Assembly (NCBI GenBank): GCA_963774265.1
Contig: CAVZDU010000003.1
Coordinates: 352,001-416,000 of the forward strand
Direction of reading: 5' to 3'
Source of the DNA: an uncultured Chloroflexia bacterium
GTDB lineage: Bacteria; Chloroflexota; Anaerolineae; CG2-30-64-16
DNA length: 64,000 bases
Position 1 is the first letter of the stretch; each line of letters opens with the position of its first letter. The notes below the pieces were generated by a model. It saw nothing but the letters and a program-made list of their open reading frames with translations, was not told the DNA's origin and ran no database searches. Below, piece by piece: positions 20,071 through 30,067 of this stretch. Position numbers and translations under genes: made by a program.

Positions 20071-20804
20071 CCGACCTCGATGTATATGCGTTTGTTAATG
20101 GCGCCCTTGGACTTATAGTCTGTGACGTGAATCTTCCCGATCTCACGCGTGTTCGCCACATGCGTGCCGCCATCAGCCTGGAGATCCAGTCCGACGAGCT
20201 CGACGGTGCGCACTTCCTTAATGCCCTCGGGCAGGAGGTTGATCTTCGTGCGGATCAGGTCCGGGATTTGAAAGGCCTCCTCGCGAGGCAGGATGCGGAC
20301 GCGCACATCGCGGGCGGCCCGGATCTCCTCATTGCAGCGCGCCTGGATTTCGGCCACGAGCTCGCCGTGCATGGTGGCGAACTCGAAATCCATCCGGCCC
20401 TGGCCGGGGTCCATATTGCCGCCCGTGACCAGCGCGCCGAAGTCCCGGTAGACGACGCCGCACAGGACATGAAGCGCGCTATGCGTCTGCATGAGCTTAT
20501 AACGGCGCTCCCAGTCAATGACGCCGGTCACGGCCGCACCCACTTGCGGCACGACGCCGCTAAGGGTGTGCCAGACCAGGTCACCCTCCTTTTTGACGGC
20601 CGTAACCGGCACGGTGACTTCCGGGGTTTCGGTCCCCGAAAAGACGTGCAAGCGGAGCGCGCCGAGATCGTTGGGCTGGCCGCCGCCACCGGGATAGAAC
20701 GCAGTGCGGTCCAGCGCGACACGGCTGCCCGCCGGATCAACTGCAACGACCTGGGCCTCGAATTCACGGACATAGCTATCGGTTTGGTAGAGAAGATCGG
20801 TCAT
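20067..20804 (-). CDS. AlaX-type trans-editing protein
   Basis: TAFYPGGGGQPND, MQTHSALH, ADGGTHV (Asp at the usual CGGTH Cys position). Confidence 0.9.
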   Translation of the reverse strand: MTDLLYQTDSYVREFEAQVVAVDPAGSRVALDRTAFYPGGGGQPNDLGALRLHVFSGTETPEVTVPVTAVKKEGDLVWHTLSGVVPQVGAAVTGVIDWERRYKLMQTHSALHVLCGVVYRDFGALVTGGNMDPGQGRMDFEFATMHGELVAEIQARCNEEIRAARDVRVRILPREEAFQIPDLIRTKINLLPEGIKEVRTVELVGLDLQADGGTHVANTREIGKIHVTDYKSKGAINKRIYIEVG

Positions 20805-20819
20805 GCCTGCAATCCTTTA

Positions 20820-21161
20820 AACAAAAACGCCCCCGTCCCTTCCTGGGGACGAGAGCACGGCTCCCGCGATACCACCCCGGTTTAACGATGGAAGATTGAA
20901 AATTGAAGATTGAAGATTGGCCGGTAGGTGCACAATCTTCAATCTTGAATCTCTAATCTGCAATCGTTCTCTCTGTGAGGCGCCAACACGCCTCCGCGCT
21001 GGCTAACGGTGCGCAGGGCCGGCGACGTCTACTTCGCCCACGCCGGGTGAGTGTTTCGGGTCGCAGCTCCGGAAGGATTTTCGGCGCTCTTGTGCGTCCG
21101 GCTCGCATCAACCCGGACTCGCTGGGCCACAAGATGGCCGCCTACTCGTTTCCATCATCGC
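20820..21161 (-). promoter_or_regulatory. T-box riboswitch with probable Ile (AUC) specifier, including terminator
   Basis: Minus strand: GCGATGA...GAGTA, AGCGAG/GGTTGATGCGAG distal loops, GAAAATCCTTCCGGAG, AGTA..CCGTTA stem II/IIA-B, T-box AACCGGGGTGGTATCGCG, hairpin cgtccc/gggacg plus TTTTTG. Confidence 0.92.
20886..20966. repeat. heptamer-repeat inverted hairpin inside the T-box leader
   Basis: Four gaagatt/gaaaatt units, 12-nt loop, then complementary aatcttc/aatcttg/aatctct/aatctgc units. Confidence 0.8.
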
Positions 21162-21173
21162 CTGTGAGACACT

Positions 21174-21202
21174 AGTCTAGCACAGCGGTGCGGTGGTGTC
21201 AA
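21174..21202 (-). promoter_or_regulatory. sigma70 promoter of the T-box operon
   Basis: Minus strand TTGACA-17 bp-TAGACT with extended TG, just upstream of stem I. Confidence 0.75.
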
Positions 21203-21232
21203 ATGAATTTCGGGCTTTTCAGTCACTCCCAT

Positions 21233-22309
21233 TCACGACACTGCGCCCAGATCCATCCCCCGTGCCGCCGCGCGTTCCGCGCGCCAATCCGCCTCGGTCA
21301 CGGGCGGGGCCAGGATCTCGTCCTCAGGCCGTCGAACCAGGGCGAGCGCGCCCTCCGGGCATGCCAGCACACAAAGGCCGCAGCCGACGCAGCGGAACGC
21401 GTTCACGATGGCTTTGTCCTCGACCTCCAGCGCCTCGAACTGGCACGCGTCCTCGCATAGCCCGCAACCCTGGCACAGCTCCGCATCGACTGCAGTGACG
21501 AAGGCCGAGCGAGCCACGGCGTTGGCGATGCCAAGCTCTGAGAGGCCGCGCAGCACACCGCACGAGCATGTGCAGCAATTGCATATGTAGGTGAGGCCTT
21601 CTTGGTTGTTGCTAACGCTGTGGACAAGGCCGGCCTCGGCCGCCCGCCGCAGCGTGGCGAAGGCTTCGTCCCTGGTGAGCACCGTCATGCCCGGAACCGT
21701 GTCAAATGCGCCGGGGGTGGTGCTGAACGACAGGCAGACGTCGATCGGATGGTCGCAGGGATCGCCGATCAGCGCCTTCTGCTTGCGGCAAATGCAGTCG
21801 ACCACCGCCCACGCCTGGTTCTCCTCCACGATTTCAGTCGCGCTCTCGTAGGGCCGGATCTCCATGTCGACGCGCACCGCGCGGTCCACCGGAATGACGC
21901 GGTGCACGGACGGGGCGGTGACCATGACCTTGGCGAATGCCGCCTGGTAGTAATCCTCAAAGAGCTGTGCCAGCTCCGAATCGATGGTGGGTCCCTGCAT
22001 CTCGTAGATGCCGACGACGAAGGGCAGCAGTCCGAAGCCCCAGCCGGTGGGGATGCGGCCGGCTTTGATCAGGCCGCGCTTGGCCATGCCGATGAGCTGC
22101 CCCATCAGCTCGCGGCGATCCCGGCCGGTGCGCGCGGCAATTTCGTCCCGCGTCTCGAGAGTCAGCCGCAGCTCCGATGCGAGCGCGGCCTCTTCCGGGG
22201 TGAAGAGCCTGGCCAGCAGGCGCAGCTCAATGCCATCGGGTGTGGGGGGATAGCCGTTGGGGAGCGCGTTGAGGCGCTCGGCGAGGGCGCGGTAGACGGG
22301 GTCAGTCAT
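21233..22309 (-). CDS. 4Fe-4S dicluster (ferredoxin-domain) protein with N-terminal helical/HTH-like region
   Basis: CICR, ICNCCTCSC, CQGCGLCEDAC, CVGCGLCVLACP. Confidence 0.88.
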   Translation of the reverse strand: MTDPVYRALAERLNALPNGYPPTPDGIELRLLARLFTPEEAALASELRLTLETRDEIAARTGRDRRELMGQLIGMAKRGLIKAGRIPTGWGFGLLPFVVGIYEMQGPTIDSELAQLFEDYYQAAFAKVMVTAPSVHRVIPVDRAVRVDMEIRPYESATEIVEENQAWAVVDCICRKQKALIGDPCDHPIDVCLSFSTTPGAFDTVPGMTVLTRDEAFATLRRAAEAGLVHSVSNNQEGLTYICNCCTCSCGVLRGLSELGIANAVARSAFVTAVDAELCQGCGLCEDACQFEALEVEDKAIVNAFRCVGCGLCVLACPEGALALVRRPEDEILAPPVTEADWRAERAAARGMDLGAVS

Positions 22310-22426
22310 TGTGGTGCTCCTCCTTGCGGATGCATCGAGGATACAACATGAAGCCCGTTTTGGGAAACCGGGCGCGAGCATGCCTCCGTGCACTGGTGAT
22401 TCAAAGCCTCTGCCTTTCAAACCAGC

Positions 22427-24703
22427 TCACTGCGCACTGAGGTCGAGCCGGCGCAGCAACTGTGCGTTCAGGGCGACCACGATCGTGCTGAGCGACATGA
22501 GCACCGCGCCCACGGCCGGCGACAGCACGATTCCCACCGGAGCGAGGACCCCGGCCGCGAGGGGCAGGGCGATCACATTGTATCCGGTGGCCCACAGAAG
22601 GTTTTGAACCATCTTGCGGTGGCTGGACCGGCTGAGGCCGATGACGCGCACGACATCAAGTGGATTGCTCTGGACCAGGATAATCCCCGCCGATTGCACG
22701 GCCACATCCGTGCCGCTGCCGATGGCGATGCCGACGTCCGCGCGGGTGAGTGCAGGCGCATCGTTGACGCCGTCACCGACCATCGCGACCCGCCGCCCCT
22801 GGCGCTGCAACTCGATGACCTTCTGGTCCTTGTGTTCTGGCAGCACCTCGGCAAAGTAGGTGTCGATGCCCAGATCCTCGGCCACACTGCGGGCAACAGC
22901 TTCAGCATCGCCCGTCAACATGGCCACCTGCACGCCCATGTCGTGCAGCTTGCGCACGGCTGCGCGACTTTCGTCGCGTATCACGTCAGCCAGCGCGAAC
23001 GCGGCGCGCACTTCGGCGCTGCCGTTGGCTTGCTCACCCACGAGGAAAACCGTGGTTTGGCCGCGCGCGTTGGCCATCTCCTCGAATTTGGCGAGCTCGG
23101 GAGGCAGATCCGCAGCCAGGGCTTCCAGCAGACGCGGACCGCCGATCTGCCAGGTCGAGCCGTCGACGATGGCGCGCGCCCCACGTCCTTTGATGGCTTC
23201 GAAGCCGCTCACCGCGGGAAGTGAAAGACCTCGCTCAGACGCGGCCGCGCGGATGCCGCGGGCGATCGTGTGCTCGGAGTCGCCTTCAATAGCGGCAGCC
23301 AGCGCCAATGCCTGGTCTGCGGTCCAGGCGTCGTGCGGTCGTGGCAGCAGCGCCGTTGACTGAGCCGCTTCGTGACTCTGCTCAGAATGCCCCGGCACCG
23401 CGACGCCGACCACGCCAAACTCGCCCTTGGTCAGCGTGCCCGTCTTGTCGAAGATCACGGTGTCGATCTCGCGCGCCCGCTCCAGCGCGAGCCGGTCGGC
23501 CACGAGGATGCCGTTACGCGCACCGAGCGCGGTGGTGATGGATACGACCAGCGGGATCGCTAGCCCCAGCGCATGTGGACATGCGATCACCAGAACGGTC
23601 GCCACGCGAGCAATGACATCCACGTCGAAGCCCTGCGCCACGGTCCAGGCGATAGCGGTAATCATGGCGACACCGATCGCCACGTAGAAGAGCCAGCCGG
23701 CTGCCTTGTCTGCCAGCACCTGCGTGTGCGATTTGCTCGTCTGCGCCTCTTGCACCAGCCGCATGATCCCGGCAAGCGCGGTTTTGTCGCCCGTGGCCGT
23801 CACGCGTACGCGCAGGCTGCCGTCGCCGTTAATAGCGCCTGCGATCACCCGGTCACCGACGGTCTTGCCAACAGGCCGAGACTCGCCGGTGAGCATGGCC
23901 TCGTTCACGTCCGACTCGCCCTCGACCACCTCGCCGTCAGCAGGGATGTTGGCGCCGGGTCGCACGAGCACAATGTCGCCGCCGAGCAGCTCCTCGGCGC
24001 GCACGATTTCCACTGCGCCATGCGGGTTCACCCGCTCCGCGGTGTCCGGCATGAGCCTGGCCAGTGCGTCGAGTGCACCTGACGCCTGGCGCACACTGCG
24101 CATCTCCACCCAGTGGCCCAGGAGCATGATGTCGATGAGGGTCACCAGCTCCCAGAAGAAAGATTCCCGGCCGGGCAGAAACAGGGTGGCCAGCGAGTAG
24201 ACGAACGCGACAGAAATGGCCAGCGAGATGAGCAGCATCATGCCGGGCTGGCGGTTGCGGACCTCAGGCCGGGCCATTTGCAGAAACGGCAGCCCCCCAT
24301 AGAGAAAGATCACCACCGACAGCACAGGCGTGAGCCATGGGCTGCCTGGGAATGCCGGCATGGTGAAGCCGAGCCAGTGCTGGATCATGGGGCTGTAGAG
24401 CAGAACCGGGACGCTCAGCGCCAGGGAGACCCAAAAGCGGCGCCGGAACATCGTTTCGTGGCCGCTGTGGTCGACATGTGTCCTGTGCGCACTGGCAGCC
24501 GTTGGCATCGCATGGTCCGCATGCGCATCGGGGGGAGAGGACACGCTGTGGACCGCGTGCCCGGCTGGGGCTGCCGGCACGGAGTGTGCGGCGGGTCCGG
24601 CCGCGTTCGATGCAATGTGGCTCGCGTGTTGATTCGTCGCCGGCGCGTTATGGCCGGCGTGTCCGGTCTCGGACATTCCTTCATGGCCTTCTTCTGTCAT
24701 CAA
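22427..24703 (-). CDS. copB: P1B-3 copper-translocating P-type ATPase
   Basis: His-rich N-terminus, [31 protein letters not shown] and MSLS motifs. Confidence 0.9.
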   Translation of the reverse strand: MMTEEGHEGMSETGHAGHNAPATNQHASHIASNAAGPAAHSVPAAPAGHAVHSVSSPPDAHADHAMPTAASAHRTHVDHSGHETMFRRRFWVSLALSVPVLLYSPMIQHWLGFTMPAFPGSPWLTPVLSVVIFLYGGLPFLQMARPEVRNRQPGMMLLISLAISVAFVYSLATLFLPGRESFFWELVTLIDIMLLGHWVEMRSVRQASGALDALARLMPDTAERVNPHGAVEIVRAEELLGGDIVLVRPGANIPADGEVVEGESDVNEAMLTGESRPVGKTVGDRVIAGAINGDGSLRVRVTATGDKTALAGIMRLVQEAQTSKSHTQVLADKAAGWLFYVAIGVAMITAIAWTVAQGFDVDVIARVATVLVIACPHALGLAIPLVVSITTALGARNGILVADRLALERAREIDTVIFDKTGTLTKGEFGVVGVAVPGHSEQSHEAAQSTALLPRPHDAWTADQALALAAAIEGDSEHTIARGIRAAASERGLSLPAVSGFEAIKGRGARAIVDGSTWQIGGPRLLEALAADLPPELAKFEEMANARGQTTVFLVGEQANGSAEVRAAFALADVIRDESRAAVRKLHDMGVQVAMLTGDAEAVARSVAEDLGIDTYFAEVLPEHKDQKVIELQRQGRRVAMVGDGVNDAPALTRADVGIAIGSGTDVAVQSAGIILVQSNPLDVVRVIGLSRSSHRKMVQNLLWATGYNVIALPLAAGVLAPVGIVLSPAVGAVLMSLSTIVVALNAQLLRRLDLSAQ

Positions 24704-25821
24704 ATCCCTCCCACATCACCCCATATCCGGGCCATTTGGCCGCTCATGCGCTTCATTCGTTGGCGCGGGGCGATCAGAGGGCTGATTTCGCGCGTGCCAA
24801 GCCCGATCTTCACGAACAACCAGGGCCATATGAAAATGGCCCAGAACATCGCCAGGCCATAGCGCACGCTTCGCAGGGCCATCCCGAGCGCCGGTGGCTC
24901 CTGTGGGAAGATCAGGCGCAGGCCCATCCAGATCGCGGCCAGGCCAATCACGCCGATCACGTAGCGCAACGCGCGCTGCCACAACGGTCCGGTTACGGCG
25001 AAGCGCACGTAGCGGCTTTCCAACGCCAGGCCGATCCACAGCCCGAATCCCAAGCCTGCAATGATCGCGGCCTCGTCGAGCGTCGTGCGCCATGCCCCGG
25101 GGTAGAGGACGCGATACAACTGCCCCGTGCCGAAGGGGATTTCCAGCAGCAGCACCTCCAGCCCCAGGATGACCGCAGCGGCAACCAGCGCCAGCAGCAG
25201 ATGAAGTCCCAAGGAGAGCTTTTTGAGCCGCTGCACCAGAGACGGCTTGAACCTGGCATAGAGCGCGGCCAGAGCCAGGCCCACTGCTGCGCCCCACAGG
25301 ACGTCACCGGGGAAGTGCACGCCAAGGTAGACCCGCGAAAGCGCTACCAGGAGAATCAGCAAGCCCAGGACCACGATCCACAGCACCCCGCGCCGTCTGT
25401 TCGCCTGAAACCATGCCAGGTAGCCGAACAACGCCCCGCTGCTCTGCGCGTGGCCGCTCGGGGTCGAGAAGCTGCTGGCGTCGCTCAATTGCAGCCTGGC
25501 ATCTTCCCAAAACGGACGGTTGTGTTTGATAAACGACTTGAGCAGGCCATTGGTAAGACTCGACAGCATCAGCAGCACGGCAAAATCGACGCCCAGGCTC
25601 TTGTGGATGCACCAGTAAACCAGCGGGATTGCGATGAGATAGAACTGCTCGTCGCCCAGAAATGTGATGATCCGCATGGGCGCCGTGAGCCAGCCGCCAA
25701 GCGCCTGGAGGCCGATCACGCCGCTCAAGCTCCACAGCCATCCTGCAGCAAGGACCGTGGCGATCAGTGCCACTGGGAGCGCCGCCACGGCGCTGGATTT
25801 CAGGACCAACGTCTTCTTCAT
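24700..25821 (-). CDS. PAP2 family membrane phosphatase
   Basis: [26 protein letters not shown]. Confidence 0.92.
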   Translation of the reverse strand: MKKTLVLKSSAVAALPVALIATVLAAGWLWSLSGVIGLQALGGWLTAPMRIITFLGDEQFYLIAIPLVYWCIHKSLGVDFAVLLMLSSLTNGLLKSFIKHNRPFWEDARLQLSDASSFSTPSGHAQSSGALFGYLAWFQANRRRGVLWIVVLGLLILLVALSRVYLGVHFPGDVLWGAAVGLALAALYARFKPSLVQRLKKLSLGLHLLLALVAAAVILGLEVLLLEIPFGTGQLYRVLYPGAWRTTLDEAAIIAGLGFGLWIGLALESRYVRFAVTGPLWQRALRYVIGVIGLAAIWMGLRLIFPQEPPALGMALRSVRYGLAMFWAIFIWPWLFVKIGLGTREISPLIAPRQRMKRMSGQMARIWGDVGGI

Positions 25822-25838
25822 GGGGCCTCCTTCTATTC

Positions 25839-26802
25839 TCACTGGCGCAGCGTCTCACTGAAGAAACCCACCAACCGCCGCTCGAACTCCTCCGGGTATA
25901 GTGCCGGCGTCTGGAGATGCTCGCTCCGCTCCGGAAACCAGGCCTGCACCTTCACCCCGGCTGCCAAGGCGGCGCCGGCGAGCTCTTGGCTCTGGCTGAT
26001 GCTGATTCGGCGATCGCCGTGGCTGTGCACGATGTAGACCGGGCGATCCCCGACATCGCTGATGGCCTCGATCGGCGTGTGCGCCATGACATCCTCGCCG
26101 CTCACGAGTCGAAAAACTACAGCGGCCGGCTGCGCCATGAACCCCGGCAAACCATAGCCAGACAGCTCGTCGGCGACGACCGCCAGCAGGCTGGCGAAGG
26201 TGCCCTCCAGAAAGAGGGCGGCCATGCGCGATTCATCGTGAAAGGCATATAGCGCGGTCGCCCCGCCCATGGAGACGCCCAGGAGCCCGACCCGCCCCGG
26301 CGCGTAGCCCTTGGCTGTCACCAGCCAGTCCCAAGCCCCTAACACGTCCAGCGATTCCTTGTTGCCCACCGATGTCCAGCCATCCTCGGGGTCGGAGTCA
26401 CCCACATCCCGCACATCGATGAGCAGTACGTTGAAGCCGTTGCGCCAAAGCATGCCCGCCGGAACCAGCACGTCGATAGCGTTCTTGCAGCCGCCCAGGC
26501 CGTGCACCAGGATTACGGCGGGCGCGTCCGGCTTCGCCTCGGCCCAGAAGCCCGCGATGTTGATCCCGGACTGCCGGCTGGGGAAGCGCACCGTCTCGTA
26601 GGGTGAGATGGCATAGGCCGACAGGTCGATGGGTGGCCAATGATCGTCGAATAGAATCTTGTCAGGCCGGTTGGCCACATGCTCGCCGCACGAGCCGCGG
26701 ACATTGCCGATGACAAGGTAGCACGAGAGGCCGATCCCGAAGTAGGCTACGATCAGGAAACGCGGCGACGCCGATCAGGATGTTGCGGGTTCTGCGCTTC
26801 AT
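25839..26802 (-). CDS. exported alpha/beta hydrolase (frameshift in the N-terminal signal/TM region)
   Basis: MKRRTRNILIG start at 26802; LVHG, GVSMGG nucleophile elbow, HSHGD, SEH. Confidence 0.82.
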
Positions 26803-26816
26803 GAGCCTCTTCCCTT

Positions 26817-27593
26817 TTACTCACCTTGCGCTGACCTGAGTATCTTGCAGCCTTCAGCGACCGTGATAACCCGGACGTCGTTCGACTTCAGCCACTGCAG
26901 AACCTGCTCGAAGAACGCCTCGGTGATCGCGTTCCCCTTCTCTGCAGGGTTCGCGCCGGGAGCCGGCTCACCAACATCATGGAACGTCAGAATGGTCCAA
27001 GCGCCCGGTGCAATCATCCTGGCTACATCGTCGAGGGAGTTTGTAGCCCGGACGGTGAAATCCTTGAGCAGATACGGGTCGGTCTTGCCGGTGTTGGCGC
27101 CGATGTCCTGGGTCGAAGCGCAGGCATAGTACTTCTTGATGACGTCAATCGCCACCCGGCTGTAGTTGCCATAGGGATAGACGAAGGTCGTGACTGTGAA
27201 ACCGCGATCGGTCAAAGCGCGGTAGTTCGCGGCGATCTCCTCCTCGTATTCCTGCATTGAGGCGAGGTCACGAAGATCTGAGTGAGACAGGGTGTGCCCG
27301 CCGATTTCCATCAACTGGCTGACGCCGCGGACGTCGTCCCAGGTCATGTAGCCCTCCTGTTCCATGGATTCGCTGATGATGTAGATCGAGCCGGGGACGT
27401 CGTACTGGGCCAGCAGCCTGGCGGCATTCAACTGAGACTTCCAGCCGTCATCGAATCTCAGGCTCACGTAGGTGCTGCCATCACCGAAGGTGCCGCCTGG
27501 AGGAGGCGTGCCCAGCCAGCCATACTGGAACATGGCGAGCAGTGCAGCAACCGCGACGAGTGCCAGGATCACGAAGATCGTCCGTCTCTTCAT
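26817..27593 (-). CDS. exported polysaccharide deacetylase (CE4)
   Basis: Signal peptide, RFDDG, GGHTLSH, YPYG, LTFH. Confidence 0.9.
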   Translation of the reverse strand: MKRRTIFVILALVAVAALLAMFQYGWLGTPPPGGTFGDGSTYVSLRFDDGWKSQLNAARLLAQYDVPGSIYIISESMEQEGYMTWDDVRGVSQLMEIGGHTLSHSDLRDLASMQEYEEEIAANYRALTDRGFTVTTFVYPYGNYSRVAIDVIKKYYACASTQDIGANTGKTDPYLLKDFTVRATNSLDDVARMIAPGAWTILTFHDVGEPAPGANPAEKGNAITEAFFEQVLQWLKSNDVRVITVAEGCKILRSAQGE

Positions 27594-28165
27594 TCTGATC
27601 TCAATGCGCTGATCATGTAGAGGATCAATGCCGCGAAGATGTAGGCGAAGAGCAGGCCGAATACGGATGTGTCGATCACCAGGTTGACGATGCTCTGCAG
27701 GGGGTCTCCCCACGGCGGCGCCACCACCAGGATGGCGTAACGCAGACCAAGGAAGAGGGCCAGAATGCCGAAAGCGATCAGGAACCCTCTCGGTGGCGGG
27801 TACTTTCGATCCTTCTGCGCGGTGTAGCGGAGGATCGTGACCAGGAAGGTGCCGAACGCGACAACCGATAGGATGATGGAGTAGAAGGTCGATGGCATCG
27901 GCGGCAGGCGCTCAGCGGTGTGCACGACGGCGATGTTACCTCCGAAGAAGACGTAGTAGACAAAAGCCACGGCGGTGAGGCACCAGATGAAGAGGTGGAA
28001 AAAAGTCTCGACGAACGTGTTCTTGGCCCAGAAGGAGACCTTCAGCCGCCTGGCCGTATCGTGCCGTCGCAGCAGCAGAAACAGCATCGAGAACGAAACG
28101 GTCCACATGATGATGCCGTTTAGGTCGCGCGGCAAGATGCGCGAGGTCCAGTCCGGTGTGCCCAT
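27590..28165 (-). CDS. hypothetical integral membrane protein (~5 TM)
   Basis: Hydrophobic ORF with GAGGGAGG RBS, overlapping the next gene by ATGA. Confidence 0.75.
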   Translation of the reverse strand: MGTPDWTSRILPRDLNGIIMWTVSFSMLFLLLRRHDTARRLKVSFWAKNTFVETFFHLFIWCLTAVAFVYYVFFGGNIAVVHTAERLPPMPSTFYSIILSVVAFGTFLVTILRYTAQKDRKYPPPRGFLIAFGILALFLGLRYAILVVAPPWGDPLQSIVNLVIDTSVFGLLFAYIFAALILYMISALRSE

Positions 28166-28341
28166 TGCCCCTCCCTCGCGAGCCTACTCACGGGAAATCG
28201 ACCGTTGCATTATATCATAACGGCGCAAGCCCTATGCGGGCCGCCTGGCTCGAATCTCCAATCGGGAATGTTGTTATTCCTCTGAAATGGACCTAAAATA
28301 GACAGCCGTTGCGCTTTTTCGGGGGAATTGCGGCTACTCTC

Positions 28342-29049
28342 ATGACAACCTCACTCAACCGGGCGCCATCACGCAGGCGCGAGTTTTTGGGCGGGATCCG
28401 GGACGAGGCGCCCATCCTTCTGGGCGTCGCACCCTTTGGCGTCATCTTCGGCGCGCTCGCGATGTCCGCGCACCTCTCAGCCGTCGTAGCGCAGGCCATG
28501 TCCTCGGTGATCTTCGCCGGCTCCGCGCAATTCATCGCTGCGCAGCTCTTCGCGGGGTCCGCATCGGGGTTGGTGATCGTGGCGGTCGTGTTCGTGGTCA
28601 ACCTGCGCCACGCACTTTACAGCGCATCCGTGGCGCCGCATGTGAAGCACCTGGGGCCCGCGTGGAAGGCGGTCCTGGCGTATCTGCTCACGGATGAGGC
28701 CTATGTGGTCGTCATCACGCATTACAACCAGCCTGGGGACGCCAGCCGGAGGCACTGGTATTTCCTTGGCGCCGGCTTGACCCTGTGGTCGTGCTGGCAG
28801 GTCAGCACCGCGGTGGGCATCCTGGTCGGGTCTCGCATCCCCGATGACTGGCCGTTGGGATTCGTGCTGCCCCTCACGTTCATCGCACTGGTGGTCCCCA
28901 CGCTCCGGGAGCGCTCCACGATTATCGCTGCGCTCGTGGCGGGCCTGGTCGGCGCGCTGACGATGGGTTTCCCACTGAAGACCGGCCTGTTGGTTGCCGC
29001 GCTGGTTGGGATCGTCACCGGCCTGCTTGTCGAGAGGGCGCGCCAATGA
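28342..29049 (+). CDS. azlC: AzlC family branched-chain amino acid exporter
   Basis: MSSVIFAGSAQF, VNLRHALYS, LTDEAY. Confidence 0.92.
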   Translation: MTTSLNRAPSRRREFLGGIRDEAPILLGVAPFGVIFGALAMSAHLSAVVAQAMSSVIFAGSAQFIAAQLFAGSASGLVIVAVVFVVNLRHALYSASVAPHVKHLGPAWKAVLAYLLTDEAYVVVITHYNQPGDASRRHWYFLGAGLTLWSCWQVSTAVGILVGSRIPDDWPLGFVLPLTFIALVVPTLRERSTIIAALVAGLVGALTMGFPLKTGLLVAALVGIVTGLLVERARQ

Positions 29050-29369
29050 ACACCTGGCTCACCATCTTCGCTGCGGGTTTTCTGACCTTCGCCATCCGCC
29101 TGTCATTCATCTATCTGCTGGGCCGGATGACCGCGCCCGCGTGGTTTATGCGGGCGCTGCGCTACGTGCCGGCGGCGGTCCTGTCCGCGATCATCGTCCC
29201 GGAAACCATCACCTGGCAGGGCGCGGTGACCCTCTCCTGGCGCAACCCGCAGATATGGGCGGCCGCGGTGGCGATCCTCGTCGCGCTGCGCGTGAAGAAT
29301 GTCCTCCTCATCATCGGCTCAGGCATGGCCGCGCTGCTCCTGTTCCGGTGGCTGCTCGGCGCGATCTAG
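29046..29369 (+). CDS. azlD: AzlD family protein
   Basis: TFAIRLSF, LRYVPAAVLSAII; ATGA overlap with azlC. Confidence 0.9.
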   Translation: MNTWLTIFAAGFLTFAIRLSFIYLLGRMTAPAWFMRALRYVPAAVLSAIIVPETITWQGAVTLSWRNPQIWAAAVAILVALRVKNVLLIIGSGMAALLLFRWLLGAI

Positions 29370-29479
29370 ACGCTTGATGCATATTGACACCGTCCGGGTG
29401 GTTCAAATGATGAGAGTGGCCAAGGCCAAGGCCGGACGGCCGAGGCGCCGATCGAGCAGCAAGCCGCCGGTGTGAGTGG

Positions 29480-29938
29480 CTATCTTGGCTCCAGTGCGTG
29501 TTCGATATCCTTTGCGCGATGGTAGCTGGAGTGACCGTCAAGATCAAAGGGCCATTCCGGTCGGCGCTCCCTGTCACTGAACCATGCTTCAGGTGCATCT
29601 TGAAGCGCAGCCAGTACATCCTCCTGAACTTGCCTGTGCCAAGCTAAAACCTCCTGTGGGGAGCGATCTCGCCAACGCTCGTAGATGAGGTGGTTCCCAT
29701 CCGTCCAACTGAGACCTTTCTCCTCTACCGGTATAGGTTGGTTCTTGATTTTTCTGACCACGTCAGCCTTCCAATGGGTAATATGCGCTAGTGCATCTTT
29801 CACTGTCCAAGGGTCTTTGGTCTCGGGTCTGGTTAGCAATCTATTCCAATCCTCATCGGTAAGGTTGTTAACCAGACGATCCAGACGTTCGAACTCCCGA
29901 ATAGTGCGCTTGATTACTTCCTCGCGAGTATGACGCAT
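29480..29938 (-). CDS. DinB/ClbS-DfsB four-helix-bundle protein
   Basis: WTVKDALAHITHW, GHSSYH; GGAGG RBS; visibly AT-richer than its flanks. Confidence 0.8.
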   Translation of the reverse strand: MRHTREEVIKRTIREFERLDRLVNNLTDEDWNRLLTRPETKDPWTVKDALAHITHWKADVVRKIKNQPIPVEEKGLSWTDGNHLIYERWRDRSPQEVLAWHRQVQEDVLAALQDAPEAWFSDRERRPEWPFDLDGHSSYHRAKDIEHALEPR

Positions 29939-30067
29939 AAAAACGAACCTCCTGCATATTTCAACCCTACTTGAGCTCCGGCGGTCGGCCTGCAAGCCCA
30001 GGTTAGGCACCGCCCTGGCCCCGCGCTCGGAACGAGACCTGCCGCCCATGATGGCGAACCGTGTGCC

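Noticed and set aside
23355-23395. Possible REP-derived insertion in copB (ctgagc...gctcag)
   Set aside because: Only a 6-bp stem, which could arise by chance
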